Below are positions 37,561-50,100 of a stretch of 64,000 bases of DNA, piece by piece. The notes under the pieces are model-generated. The model had not been told where the DNA came from and ran no database searches. It saw only the letters and a list, made by a program, of their open reading frames with translations. The stretch lies in contig CAUYUJ010000237.1 of NCBI GenBank assembly GCA_963575745.1, positions 248,001 through 312,000 of the forward strand. Reading direction: 5' to 3'. Positions within the stretch are counted from its first letter, which is position 1. Each line of letters opens with the position of its first letter. The position numbers and the translations under genes were made by a program. The stretch comes from Prorocentrum cordatum (taxonomy: Eukaryota).

Positions 37561-38274
37561 ATTACCCCAATATTCTTCAACGTTGACGTCATCTGTCCAG
37601 CGCTTCAGGGCCCGACCCTGCGCCCAGCGCTCCCCCCCGGCGTTCAACCTAGTTTTGCCTTCGACCACCCGCCATTTGTGCTGCCGACGGTCTTTTGCAT
37701 TCTCTTGCGCCCACGTCTGAAACCTGCCTTCTCATACACCTCCAATGCTTTCTGGTCCGGGAGGGCTCTTGGATTTCGGGAGAGGCCTGATGTCTCGGGG
37801 AAGAAGCTTCAGAGCGGCAGCGATTCCAGGAAAGGCTCGAAACCCTACGCGAAACCCAAACCTTTCTGCCTCTGCGGAGGGTCCTAGGAGTTTTCTGGGA
37901 GGTGCTTCGGGGCTTCTGGGCCGAGTAGTGGGAGGTACGGAGCTGTCGGGGGGGAGGGACGCCTGAGCTCCAGGAGGGGCATTCTCGGCGCTCCTGGGAG
38001 AGGCTTCAAAACATTTGGGGTTCCTGGGGCGCCTCAGATCCCTTGGGAGAGCCTACTCCTTGGGAGAGGCCCACAGTTGCTGGCAGTGGCCCTAAAGCGT
38101 TTGGGAGTAGGTCTACTAGGCCGGCGCGGCTTCCACTTGGATTTCTCGGGTATACTTTATTAGTTGCGCTCTTCGATGGCCAAAAAGAATAATCTTCATT
38201 CGGTAGCTTCTCCATCGCTCCGGTTCTAATGATTATTTAATCGCTTCGCTCATTCCGCCGGCCCTCGAGCGCTC

Positions 38275-38412
38275 TATGGGGCCTCTTGGGGGCGTCTTTT
38301 GGGCCTCCTAGGGGCCTCTTGGGGGCCTCTTGGGGGTCTCTTGGGGGTCTCTTGGCGGCGTCTTGGGGCCCCCTTGGGCCTCTTGGGGGGCTCTTGGGGG
38401 CCTCTTGGGGCG
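38275..38412 (+). repeat. 11-bp GGGCCTCTTGG minisatellite
   Basis: Directly visible; bracketed by the direct repeat CGCTCCGGTTCT.ATGATTATT (~38216, ~38480). Confidence 0.85.
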
Positions 38413-38774
38413 GGGTAGTCGAGTGCACCCCCCTCGGAGGCTACGATCCTCGTGAGGGGTGTCGAAGAAAGGCCCTCAACGCTCCGGTTCTCATGATTAT
38501 TGACAAGCGGCGCGCCAGCGACGGGCGCCGCCAGTGCTCTGCGCGCAGTGCTCGCGGGCAGCGTGGCCACCGAACCCGTCGCCGCGAAGCGGGGGCGCCT
38601 TGCCGCGCGCCCTCACTGCGGGGCGCCTGCGGAGGAACTTGAACACCGCACGCGGGCATGCCCGCGAGGGGGGGCCAGATCGCCAGGCCGTGCTCCTCCT
38701 CCTCCTCCTCCTCCTCCTCCTCCTCCTCCTCCTCCTCCTCCTCCTCCTCCTCCTCCTCCTCCTCCTCCTCCTGC

Positions 38775-39480
38775 GGTCCCAGAAGGCTTCACCCGCGAGG
38801 CCGCCCGCGCCCGCCTGCCGCCAGAGACGGCGCGCACTGGCGTCTTGCTCCAGAGCCCCCTCGCCTGGCCGCCCTCGCGGAGAGGAGGCCCGGCTGCCGA
38901 CGCCGCCGCCAGCACTGCCCGGCCCGCAGGCAGGCCCGCAGGCAGCGCCGTCGAGGTGGCTGCGCCGACGGCTCCTCGTGCACCCCGGAGACCCCCCCGG
39001 GCCAGGGGCCGGGGCCAGCCGGGGGTCCGCCTCGACGACGGCGCCGCGGGCCGCGTGGGCCGCGGTGGCCCTGTGGACAGCCCGCGGACGGCGCAGCGCG
39101 CCGAGTTCTGGGCGAGCGCGCGGGCGCTGCGCCTGGCGGGCGGCCGCCATGGAGGGGGTCCACGGACCCCAGTTCGTCGGCCCCGGGGTCGCCTGCCCGA
39201 CCGAGTGGGCGCGTGCAGACTTCCGGGGAGCCATGGCTCCGCGTTTCCGCAGCGGCATGCCGCGCGCACGGAGGGTCCAAGCGCACCTGCGGCGCGCGAG
39301 CGCGGGCTGTCGGAGGAGGGCCGCGCGGGCAACGCGGCGGCAGACCGGGCCTGGCCAGGCTGGCCGCGGAGGCTCGGCTGCCAACGCCCGTGCTGCGTCA
39401 GGAGCGCAAGCGCCAGCTCGACGCGCTGGCCTCAGTCCAACGGGTCTCGGCTCAAGGCCAACCACGCGCCGCGTGACCCC
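38775..39480 (+). mobile_element. GC-saturated LINE RNase H fragment
   Basis: Ordered relic motifs CADGS (38961-38975), PRTAQRAEFWA, RVQAH and GNAAAD match the RNase H motifs TDGS, QTxxRAE, KVxAH and GNxxAD. Confidence 0.75.
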
Positions 39481-39499
39481 GCGGCCGGGTCGCAGCGTA

Positions 39500-40770
39500 G
39501 TACCGCAGTAGTATTAGTAGCATTATTCTGAAGTCGTAGTAGTGCTTTGGTACAGTAGTAGTGGTAACAACGTAGTGGTGGCTGTGGGAACAACACGGCC
39601 TTGTAATACTTTAATCGTGTAGCATTATTCTAACATGGTCGAGCTATTGTACTAGCAATTGCTTTGTAGGGGTAGTCGTACCCTGATGAGGTAGTAGTAA
39701 TACCCTGGTGTTGACATAGCAAGTGAAGGTATGAGGCTCAGGCTAGGCTTTATTTAGCTGAGGTTAGGCTCAGGCCGAGGCTCAGGCTGAGGCTGGGGCT
39801 TCTCTTAGGCTGAGGCTCAGGCTCAGGCTGAAGCAAGGCTGAGGCTGAGGCTAGGCTTGGGATGGGCTTAGGCTGAGGTTTCCGCCGAAACTCAGGCTGA
39901 GGTTTGGACGAGGCTCAGGCTAGGCTTAGGCTGAGGTGTAGGCTAAGCAGAGGCTTAGGTTTAGGCTGAGGTTCGAGTCAGGCTTAGGCTATGATTAGGC
40001 TTGCCTGGCTCCATACAGTGCTGTAGTAGGAGTTGACAAATGCCGTATTATCGCAGCACGGCTGTAGCACTAAAATACTGTAGTGTTGTAGTGGTGGCGT
40101 TGTAATAGTCGTAGTAGTAGTGGAGCTCTAACATCGGAGTACTCAAGCAGGGTAGCCGTACCCTAGTACTGCATTGCCGTAGTAGTACTGTATGTGTATC
40201 ATTCTGTTGAAGTCGAAGTAATACTCTGGTGCAGTAGTGGCGGTAACATTGTAGTGGTGGCTGGAGGAGCAGTACAGTTTTGCAATACTTCAGTAGCGTA
40301 GCAGCATTATGGTACGGTCGTACTGTTTGTAGTCGTAAAAATGTCGTGGGGAGTCGTAGTAATATAACAGCTTATGTGTATTACTACGGTACTAGCAATA
40401 ATGGGGTTGAGGCTCTGGCTAGGTTTTGGCTGAGGCAGAGGCTAGGCTTACGCCGAGGCTAAGGCTGAGGTTGAGCCTCATGTTAGGCTGAGGCTTAGAC
40501 TGAGGCTGAGGCTTAGGCGAGGCTGAGGCTTAGGACGGGATTCGGCTAGGCTGGTTCAGGCTGATGCTTAGGCTAGGCGGCAGTGCTTAGGCTGAAGCTG
40601 AGGCTGAGGCTGAGGCCAGGCTTAGGCTGAGGCAGAGGCTGGGCAGAGGCTGAGGCTAGGCTGAGGCTCAGGCTGAGGCTGAGGTTTAGGCTAGGTGTCG
40701 GCTAAATGTTGGCTTGGACTTAAGATAGGTTAGGCTGAGGCCTAGGCTAGGCTTAGACTGATGATTAGGC
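39500..40770 (+). repeat. Duplicated composite of degenerate (GTA)n and (GGCTGA/GGCTTA)n, period ~680 bp
   Basis: 39525-39650 aligns with 40200-40325, each followed by a hexamer tract. Confidence 0.75.
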
Positions 40771-41759
40771 TGGGGACGGTGGAGAGAGAGAGGGAGAGAG
40801 AGAGAGAGAGAAAAAAAAAAAGAGAGAGAGAGAGAGAGGAAAGGAGAGGAGAGGGGAGGCAGCGCCGAGGAAAAGCACAGCGGGCATACCGCGCCGATAC
40901 CAGCAGCAAGTTGACGACGCGCTCCGCCTCCCACAAAACAAAATCCTTAAAAACGCTGGGGGGTGATTCGACCCCTGAACCTTTCACGACACGTTGGGCG
41001 GAGTAATTTCCTTGTTCTTTTTTGAGAGAACAGCGTTGTTACTTGAGGGGGAGTCGGATTACCCCCGACAGCACGAGCCAGTTGCGCACGGTAGGAATCT
41101 TCAGACGGATCGGTGATTCCAACATCACACCAGACCGCAACAGTTTTCGTCACGGCAATGCATGGTCTAAACATAACGGCCTTCGGCCAATCCCGCCACC
41201 ATGATTGAGTTGCGGGTCGAAGGCGGGGGGAACACGTCGACGACTGCAATCAACCATGCAGGCCCTCGCGGATCTCTTGCTTAGGGAATTTTTTGAGGTT
41301 CCTTGAAGCCCTCCAGGGAGCCTCCAAGGGTGAACGCTCCAGGACGGTTCGAGACGGTCTGAAGAGGGCCCCAGAGGCCCCCAAGACGGCTCAAGACGCT
41401 TCGAAAAGGACCCCCAAGATGGCCTGGCCGCCCACCTGCCCCCCCCCCGTCCCTCCGCCATCCCTCCTTGCTGGCGGGGTGGCGCTGGGTCGTGCTCCTG
41501 CAGCCCCACCCGGCAGCCGTGGGCTTGCGCATGCTCGTGTGTCCTTGCAGCGCACCCGCAGCGAATTGGCCGTGAGGTCTCTCTCCTCGAAGCTGTTGGG
41601 GCAGTGTCTTACATTATTATCCTCGCCCTCGCCTCCGCCCCCCCCTCCCGGCACCCCGAGGCGTCTGGCTTCCTCCGTCACGACCTGTCGAGGATCGCTG
41701 GCGTCCTCGAGCTGCTGGGCGGCGCCCTGTTGCTGCCACGGTGGAGGCGGCCATCGGCG

Positions 41760-41888
41760 ACGACGCCGTTCACGATGACGGCGGCCACGACGACGACGTT
41801 GACGCTGACGATGACGTGAGCGCCGTGATCGTGATCGGCGCTGTCGTCGTCGTTGTGTTCGTCGTCGTCGTCGTCGCCGCCGCCGTCG

Positions 41889-41919
<31 letters not shown>

Positions 41920-42399
41920 GGTCGTCGTCGTCGTCCTGGTCGTAGTCCTGGCGGTGGTGGTGGTGGCTGCGTCATCGTCGTCGACGTTGTCGCCGCTGTC
42001 GTGGAGGTGGCTATCGGCGCGCCTGGGCGCCGAGCTTGCCCTTCGGCTCGGCGCGTGGCTCGTCCTCGCCGGCCTCGGGGTGATCGTGTCGACGCACAAG
42101 AGGACGGCGCCTCCCGCTCCCGGCGGCGCGCCTCCTCCTCCTCGACCCCCCCCCTCCCGAGGGCCTCGGGGGACGCGGGCTGCGATGGGCCCCTCCTCCT
42201 CCTCCGCCTCCTCCTCCTCCGCCTCCTCCTCTTCCGCCTCTCCTCCTCCCTCCTCCTCCTCTCCTCCTCCTCCTCCTCCTCCTCCTCCTCCTCCTCCTCC
42301 CCTCCTCCTCCTCCTCCTCCTCCTCCTCCTCCTCATCCGCCTCCTCCTCCTTCTCCTCCTCCTTCTCCTCCTCCTCCTCCTCCTCCTCCTCCTCCTCCT
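41760..42399. repeat. (GAC/GTC)n tract (41760-42000) and (CCT)n tract (42190-42399)
   Basis: Directly visible. Confidence 0.85.
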
Positions 42400-42590
42400 G
42401 ATGGCCGCCTCCCGGCGCGAGGAGGCGCTGGGAAAATCAGCTACAGAAGCTGATTCTCAACCCCCCCTTCATTATCCCCCCCTTTCGCCCGGCCCGACCA
42501 TCGTACCGTTGGAACCTGGCAAACAGCGGGAGCAAGCACGAAAGAGGACGACCCCTCATTTTTCAAGCAGTGGCGAAGCGTCTTGGCGTG

Positions 42591-42765
42591 TCTATAGGCC
42601 TACCATAAATGTTCTAAGAACCCTTGGTGGTTTCCACGAAATGTTCTCAGACCATATCCTGCTGAGACGGCCTTGTTTTAACACATCGGGTTCATGATCT
42701 AAGAACATTGGTTTGTTCTTAGAACATTTTTGGGGTCTATGGACATTTCGTGGTAGGCCTATAGA
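42591..42765. mobile_element. 175-bp MITE-like element
   Basis: TCTATAGGCCTACCA..AAATGT arm at both ends, with internal AAATGTTCT/AGAACAT subrepeats. TSD unclear. Confidence 0.7.
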
Positions 42766-43091
42766 AATGTCCGGACGCTCGGTCCCTGCTCAAATCTTGG
42801 GGGCACCGCCCGATTGCGGCAGGGACTCCGACACGGAGGCAGGGTTGGACTAGACATGCCCCGCATGCATCGCTTGCCTGCCGACCTCAGAGACGACAAC
42901 AAGCAAATCGCCGCCAAAAGGACAACGTTTATCTTTTGGGGGTTCTGCTCTTTTGCGTTTCTTTTGCGCTCTTCCTTACCCCTCTAAACCGCACTGATGT
43001 CTTCCATGGAGGCTGTTCCGAGACACGTCCGCCAGGGACATCTGTCCAGCACTTGTTTAAGCAGCACCGCGTCCACAGTCCATTACAGGAG

Positions 43092-43620
43092 ATGGACGGC
43101 CTCGACGATTCCGAGCTCGCCAGTGTACTGCAGCAGCGATTTCAAGATCAACTGTACAGCAGCAGCAGCAGCAAACAGAACAATCCATCCGAAACCTCTT
43201 GAGGAGGTGTCGTTGCGATCATCGACGGTATCTGGAACCCCATCAAAGACGAGCTCGGCTCGATCAAGCAAGATATTGTGGCAACCAAACTACACCAGAT
43301 ATCCCGCCGAGATAAAGATACTTAGCGCGACTGTCAGCCGATACCCCAAGGGCGTATTCAGCAGCTTCGCCAGGTACGGCGAACGCTTACCACCATCAGG
43401 GCAAACGTGCCATTACAGCGGCCTTCGGCAACTTTGCGAATTGCGATTCCATCCCCACGGTATGCACAGACATCAGAGAGCGATTATCTTCAATGCAGGG
43501 CCCAATCCCGAGAAAGATCTGCGCAACAGGGAAAGTCAAAGACATTGCCTCTGCGGAGTGCGACAGCATGCTCGACAGAGATACGGCGGCCGCCCTTCTG
43601 CGCAGCGGCGGCCTCCCGCG
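43092..43620 (+). pseudogene. Disrupted ORF, possibly LINE ORF1-like
   Basis: MDGLDDSELASVLQQRFQDQL..., IWNPIKDELGSIKQDIV (coiled-coil-like), KVKDIASAECDSMLDRD. Stops and frameshifts present. Confidence 0.3.
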
Positions 43621-44079
43621 CGGGAGCAAACTTGCCTCGCCCCCGGCAGGAGCGCGCGCGTCGCCCCCTCCCCCGCAACACGGCGCAAGGCCTCCCGGCG
43701 CCCACCCGCGCCTCGCCCTGCTGCCGCGCCGCGCCTCCGAGGCCCCACCGCGCGACGCCGCTTCTGGTGGAGCGCGCGCGCCCGCCCCTTCCCCGCCGGC
43801 GCGGCGCGGCGCACCCCTGCGCTCTCCCGCGCCTTGCCCTGCTGCCCGCCCCCCCCCCCAGCACGGCGCGGCAGATCCTGGCGGCCAGCGGGGGGCGATC
43901 TCTCCCCGCCGCGAGTGCGCCCCGGGCCACACGGAAGCGGCACGCAGGCGAAGCGGGGACGCGCGCGCAGCGCGGGGCGGCTCTGACCTGGCGGCCTCGG
44001 CCTTCACGTGGGGACGGGGGGGACGCCGCGCGGGACGGCTCGGACCCGGAACGTTCGGCCTGCAGGGGACGGTTCTGAC

Positions 44080-44094
44080 CTGGAAGTCTTCGGC
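44080..44094 (-). CDS. Candidate 15-nt micro-exon (AEDFQ)
   Basis: CTTCTTGCAG|GCCGAAGACTTCCAG|GTCAGA with an upstream pyrimidine tract; phase-compatible with the exon at 46244-46391. Confidence 0.3.
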
Positions 44095-44129
44095 CTGCAA
44101 GAAGCACGGAGGACGGAATGAAGGGGGAA

Positions 44130-44390
44130 GGAGGAGGAGGAGGAGGAGAACGAGGACGAGGAGGAGGAGGAGGAGGAGGAGGAGGAGGAGGAGGAAGTGG
44201 GGGGGAGGAGGAGGTAGAGGAGGAGGCGGAAGACGAGGACGAGGAGGAGGATGAGGAGAAGGAGGAGCAGGAGGAGGAGGAGGAGGGCAAGAGGAGGAGG
44301 AGGAGGAGGAGGATGAGGAGGAGGAGGAGTATGATGAGGAGGAGGAGGAGGAGGAGGCGGAGGAGGAGGGGAAGAGCAGGAGGAGGAGGA
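44130..44390. repeat. (GGA)n microsatellite
   Basis: Directly visible. Confidence 0.95.
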
Positions 44391-44739
44391 CGCTGTACAC
44401 AAATAGGCTCGCATGCGCTTCATCCAAAAAGAAGCCAAGTACGACGAGCTTGGAGCTTTTAGAATGATCATGGCAGGAGCGATACGGCCAGCCAGTCGCA
44501 GATGTGGTGACGAGGCGGTGAGGCCCCCCCAAGCTCCACCCCAAGGGGCCAGAGAAGAACCGCCGCCCCACCAGCCCCCAGAGGACCAGCATGGCCACGT
44601 GGAGGGAGGGGAGGTGGAGTTCGATTTTGAAGACATGCTCAGGCAGGCCCAGGAGGAGGAAATACAGGCTTGGGAGGGCCCCCCCGAGATGCCCGCGATG
44701 GAGCCTGAGGCGCCCTGCAGACCCTGTAGGCCTACCTCG

Positions 44740-45960
44740 ACCAGCCCAACCTGCCCCAGGCGTTTCGCCTCACAAGAAACGCTGTTTCATTAGTTTTGGG
44801 AGTGCCTTGCCGACGCTCAGATTGAAGGGTTACACAGAGAGATCGAGCTTCAGGCCCAGCAAGACGAGGCCCCGTGTTTATGGCTCAGAGGCCTAGTCCC
44901 CGTGCTCTGGACCTACCACCATGCCACCAGTCCAGTTCAGGGGCCAGTGGTGTTAGGAGAGACCCTCTCGGAGAACCCCCAGTGCCTGTTAGGGGCCTGC
45001 ACGGTGGTCGCGACGGACGGGTCTGGAGGAAAATACCATGATGATTTTTGCCTGCGTCCGTGTGGATGGGGCTTTGCAGTAGCTCAAGGATGGGAGCTCG
45101 TGGCTTGGGCGTACGGCCCAGTGAACCACTGGAAGCAGACCGTCCCAATAGCAGAGCTCACGGCGGCTACCAACGCAATCCAACGCAGTTCTCATGACCG
45201 AGGGCCCACTGTTGCTAGTAGTAGATGCTCAGAGCGTGGTCTCGAGGATCTCCAAGGGACCCAGGGCCAGTCACGACAGCAATCGTGGGTTTTGGACAGA
45301 TTTTTGGGATGCGGCAGGGGGGATTGGCAGATTGAGGCCATTAAGACTACATCCCACATGTCAGTAGAGCAGGCGCAGCAAGCAGGAGCCCCTCCGCAGC
45401 ACTGGCCGGCCAATCAGCTAGCCGACAGCTTCGCGGAGGAAGGTGCCCGCTCAGCCCAGTTGCCTACAGAAGACATACAGGCCGTCGCGCGAATAGATGC
45501 GCTGGTCATTGCTGTGCACTCCCCTTCGATCCGTGTGGCTGCCCACATAGCGGAACACGCCCCACAAACTTAAGGATCCTCTTCGAGGCAAGATAGGCAG
45601 CATGAGGCCAAGGCTCGGGCGGAGGGTCGGGAGGAAGAGATTGAAGTTGCCGCGGTCACCTTTGAGCACAGAGTGCTAATTGGAGCCAGAGGAATTTCTT
45701 GTGAAGCTTGCCGTGGGTGTCCCTTGCGGTTGGACCCAACCCACAGGTTCATGAGGTACCGTGGTTTTTCTGGTGCCGTACTTGCGGGGGGGGGTCGGGA
45801 CCAGCAATTTCTACGTTTTGGGGAAGCCCCGGAATGCCAGTCGCCCCATCCCCAAACACAGGGAGAGGGCCATCAGTGCCCTTGAAGAGAGTAAGTTGCC
45901 TCCTGGGTATAAAGAGTGGCCCCAGCCAGACGATCTGGAGCCTCCCAGGGAGGTAACCAT
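44740..45960 (+). mobile_element. LINE ORF2 3' part: zinc knuckle, RNase H and C-terminal Cys motif
   Basis: CP...ETLFH.FWEC; CLWLRGLVP; ATDGSGG...CGWGF; QTVPIAEL; IKTTSH; ANQLADSFAEEGA; FWCRTCG. Confidence 0.88.
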
Positions 45961-46023
45961 CTAGTGGCATGGCCACAGCGCTACCGGTGAGAGGATTCAT
46001 GCGCAAGGATCGGTAAGCGGTAA

Positions 46024-46216
46024 GAGGAGGAGGAGGAGGAGGAAGAGGAGGAGGAGGAGGAGGAGGTGGAGGAGGAGGAGGAAGAGGAGGAGGAAGAGGG
46101 GGAAGAGGAGGAGGAGGGGGAGGAGGAGGAGGAGGAGGAGGAGGAGGAGGACAAGGAGGAGGAGGAGGAGGAGGAGGAGGACAAGGAGGAGGAGGAGGAG
46201 GAGGAGGAGGCGGAGG
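46024..46216. repeat. (GGA)n microsatellite
   Basis: Directly visible. Confidence 0.95.
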
Positions 46217-46243
46217 ATGGTGGTGTTGGTGTGCGTCGGCGGC

Positions 46244-46391
46244 CTCCAAGAGGAAAAGCGTGATCTGCTGGAGCCAGATTGTGATGGCGCTGGAGTTGCT
46301 GCGCGCGCGGGGCGGCGCTGCCGCGGTCGCAGTCGGCGTCGCCGCGCTTGCGGTCGGGACTGGCTGCGGGGTGGCCCTCCAGACAGCCGGC
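46244..46391 (-). CDS. Candidate internal exon of a minus-strand gene
   Basis: TGCAG|G acceptor and GAG|GC donor; reads PAVWRATPQPVPTASAATPTATAAAPPRARSNSSAITIWLQQITLFLLE. Confidence 0.35.
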
Positions 46392-47199
46392 CTGCACGAG
46401 AAGGGATTGTGACGCCGCCGCCGCCGCCTCCTCCTCTTCCTCGTCCTCCTCTTCCTCCTCTTCTTCAACTTTTTGTTCTGTTTGAAAACCTCCTCCCCGT
46501 CGCACCGCGAAAAGTGTCGGCGGGGCGGGCTGGGCGTTCCGCATGAGACTTCCTCACCCTTGATGATCATAAAGCTAAGAATTTGCTACAGCTTCACGGA
46601 TGGAGGGCGGGCTGTTTTCAAAATGTGACTCGCGCCCCAGCGCCGCGCGCATTCGTCTGAAGACTTTGCAGGAGCTTCGCTCACAGAGGAGGGCGGGTCG
46701 TGTTCAAAATGTGGTTTTCGCTTTCCCGCCGCACACATTCGTTTAAAACATTGTAAGTGTACAGATGTAGGGCGGGTCGTTCTCAAAATGTGGGTTTCGC
46801 CTCATTTCGCCTTGGCGCCGCACGCATTCTAGTTGTTGGCAAGAGCTTCGCGGATGGAGGGCGGGCCGTTTTTTTGTTTCACAAACAACTGGTTATCGTT
46901 TTAGCGCCGCGCACGTTCGTTTTCAGAGCGTACACCAATGTCAAGGTTGTTTAGGGGGGTCAGAAATGGTGTGTTGGCACGATGTATGTCGGGATGCAAT
47001 GTTTACGTTGATTCACAGTGTCGAAGTCCCTGATATGGTGTTTTGGCACGGTTCCCGATGTTCAAGCGACTGTTTTCCAACGTCCGCGCCTGGTGGAGTT
47101 CATCAGTCCCCTTATGTGAGCTGCTGCCGCTGCTCCTCCTACCCCCGCGGGTGCTGCGGGGGCCACGGGCGCCTCGTCAAAGTCAGCAGATTGTCCAGC

Positions 47200-50100
47200 T
47201 GGGAAAATTGAGGACGAGGATCTGGACATAGTGACCGTCTCCATGAGAGATGATGATTTCGAGGAATCGTTGGACGCGGCCGGGATTCCTTTGGACGAGC
47301 CCAGCAACACCGCGAGCACGCGCGAGAGGATCAAGAGGTTTCAGATAACGCACAAGGGCATTGCTAAGTAGGCCCGGACGGGCCCGAGTAATGCGCGGGA
47401 GTTTCAGACGCGCTACTAGTGTGCTGTATTAGTGCCGTGGCGAGTTCCAACGCAAGCGCAGTGCCCCCCGCGCGAGAAGGAGGCGTTTCCAGCCATGATT
47501 CGGCGGGCAGCGGGATGGGTATTTCCAGTTCTGCAGCTCGAGTTTCGAGCGTTTCTCGACAGCGCCCGCGGCCTGGGAAGCGCACCCGCCAGGAGGGCGC
47601 GGGCCTTCGTCTACTGGCGCGTCTGGCGACCCACTCTGGCCCTGGGGAGGCAGCCAGCCCCAGGGTTGCGCCCGCCTTGGCAATGGACGCAGCTTCGAGG
47701 GATGTCGGCTGGAGGGGGCGCCCGTGCAAGTGCCTCCCACTCTGTGAAGTCTAGCGCCAGCACGGGGCCCCCCGTGACGTCGGGCCTGCCCGGGTCAGTG
47801 GGCGCAGCGTCGCCAAAAGATGTGGCTATCACTTGTGGCAGTAAGGGATCATTGGGGCTACTGTTTGACTTCTTTGCCGAGTACTCTGGCGTTGTCTTGC
47901 TGGCGCGGGAAGTTGTAATTTTCGAGGGTCGTGCCGTTATCAGAATTGCGCGAGAGATCCTGGGCGACGAGGGTTTGGGGCTCCGACCGCTGAGACAGGC
48001 TCAGGGACGACGTCCAACGCGAGTGGGGTGGCCGTCTTGACTCGCGCGGACATCGCGGCTATTGCGTCGCCTGATGGAGGTAATACCACATGCCCTGGAC
48101 GCGCTGTCTGTGGACACTTACCGAGGGGAGTGCCAGGTGGAGTGACGTTCGCCAGCGCGCACCTGGCCACCTCGATCGGTTGACGGGCGAGAACGTCTCG
48201 ATTGCGCGGGCGCTGGCGCCAAGGACTGCAGAATGGAACGCGCCGGGCATTGATTGGGTGGCTGGACGCGATTGGAACACGGACCTCGAAGAGATCAATT
48301 TCATGGATTTGGGTGACCAAGCTGGCAGGGCTTGCTTATTTACGCAGCGAGCACACGCGCCCGTCACCGAGGCGGGTTCGCCCAATATCCACTTCACCGC
48401 GGTAACAAACAACCTGGTCACCGGACTTGGTCCCGCGCGGAAGCGTCTGCCCCCCCATTGAATTTCGCAGAGCAGCTCGTCCTCCGAGGTCGCTGCAAGC
48501 CGATGCGGTGCGGGGTGCCAGACGAGCCCGCGCAAGGGCTTCGCGGCCGCGCTGCCGGGGGGCTGCGCGAGGCACCCATGCCCACGACATCGCACGTGGC
48601 TTAGGTTTTCGAACGTCACGTCGCGAGATGACTCGCAGGCCTTGCGGGGCACTGCGCACGAAGCCATTGACCTTGTAGTTGTTGGCAGGTTTGACAAAGT
48701 GGGCGAGGGAGTTCGAGACTTCGTCGGCATGTCTGGGCCCCCGAGGTTCAGATGGTAGCAGATGGCGCGACGGCCTTCACCCCGCTGCCGCTCGGGCCCC
48801 TGCGCGCAGGTGGGCCCAGCGCTCGCTGTCGGAGAATTGGCGGCTGCAGCCGCGCTGCGAGAGGCTCCAGTTATGCCGTGCCAGAGGCAGCCTGCCAGGG
48901 ACACAGCACCTCCGATCGCTGCAGTCCGTCGATGAGGTCGGGCTGCATTTTGAGAAGCTTGCGCGCGACATTGGCACTTTGGAGCATCTCGACACCAGGC
49001 TCCAGGATACAAGGGCGGCATACCGGAGCTGGTCGCCCCTGTCTTTGGGGGGCACCATCGGCGCGATCGAGGCAAAGACAGACAAGCGCATCAAGGGGCA
49101 CAGTCGAGAGGCCTGCGAGGCCTGGCGCGAACGGGGGGGGGGCTTTTTGGAGGGGGGCAGCCAGGCGCGCGCTGCGTCTGAGGTCCGCGCCTAAGCTGAG
49201 ATCCTCAAGTTGGGGGGCGACCGTCGGCCCATCCAGCTGGCAGATCAGGCCATGCCGATTCGAGTCAGCGCACGGGGGCGCCATGAGTTGCTTGCGCCGC
49301 GCCTGCCTGGGAATGCGAGCGCGTGCGCGCCCTTGCCGCGCATCGGGCTGGACCGGGTGCAAGAGGTGGTCCGCGGCTTTCCCGCCTGCTCCGCGGCTGG
49401 GCCAACGCGCCCGCCGCCGAAGTGATTGGACGTCTTGTCCGACCAGGCCCTGCACGCAGTTGCGTAGATGTTCATGATTGACGATGGAAAGGACCGCATG
49501 TGAAGCGAGCTCGCGCGACCCACCGAGCCCGACGCGGGTGCCGGGCTAATTCATGTCAGAGCGGTGCCTTCACGCGCATCCGGGGGAAAGCTCTACCGAC
49601 CCGCGCCCAGTGCACGTGAGGTAGCGGAGTTGTTTGGGGAGCACGCGCGCGTCTTTCTATTGGGCAGGACCAGGTGCTCCGAGACGGTGGAACCACGCGC
49701 TTTCTCGCGCGAGGGGCGGGCCCTGGGTTTTCTTTTTTCCGCCTCTTGCGGATGCCCATCCTGAGCTGCCCGCCACCCCGCAGGATAAAAGCGTTTGGAA
49801 GCGTTTCGTTCGACATTGTCTCGCGCCAGGGCATCCCCGAGGGCTTCGCGCGCGCGGCCTTTTCGTTGCGCCCCCTCACCTACCGCGACGTCGCGAGGAA
49901 AAAAACAGCGCGTTTTCGACTACTGCGCCCAGGGCGCTCATGGACGACATTGGCTTGCAGGCCATTATCTCCGAGAGCTCCGGGGGTCTCGGGCACTCCG
50001 CGATGGCCACTGTAGCCTTCGCACAGGACTCCGAGGGGCCCGGCGCGACCCAGTGCCACCAAGTCGGGCTGCATCTCTGGAAGGCGCAAGGTTTGGGGCA

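Noticed and set aside
39735..40760. TTAGGC-like repeats as an interstitial telomere
   Set aside because: They are degenerate variants of the GGCTGA satellite and do not match the TTTAGGG repeat expected for dinoflagellates.
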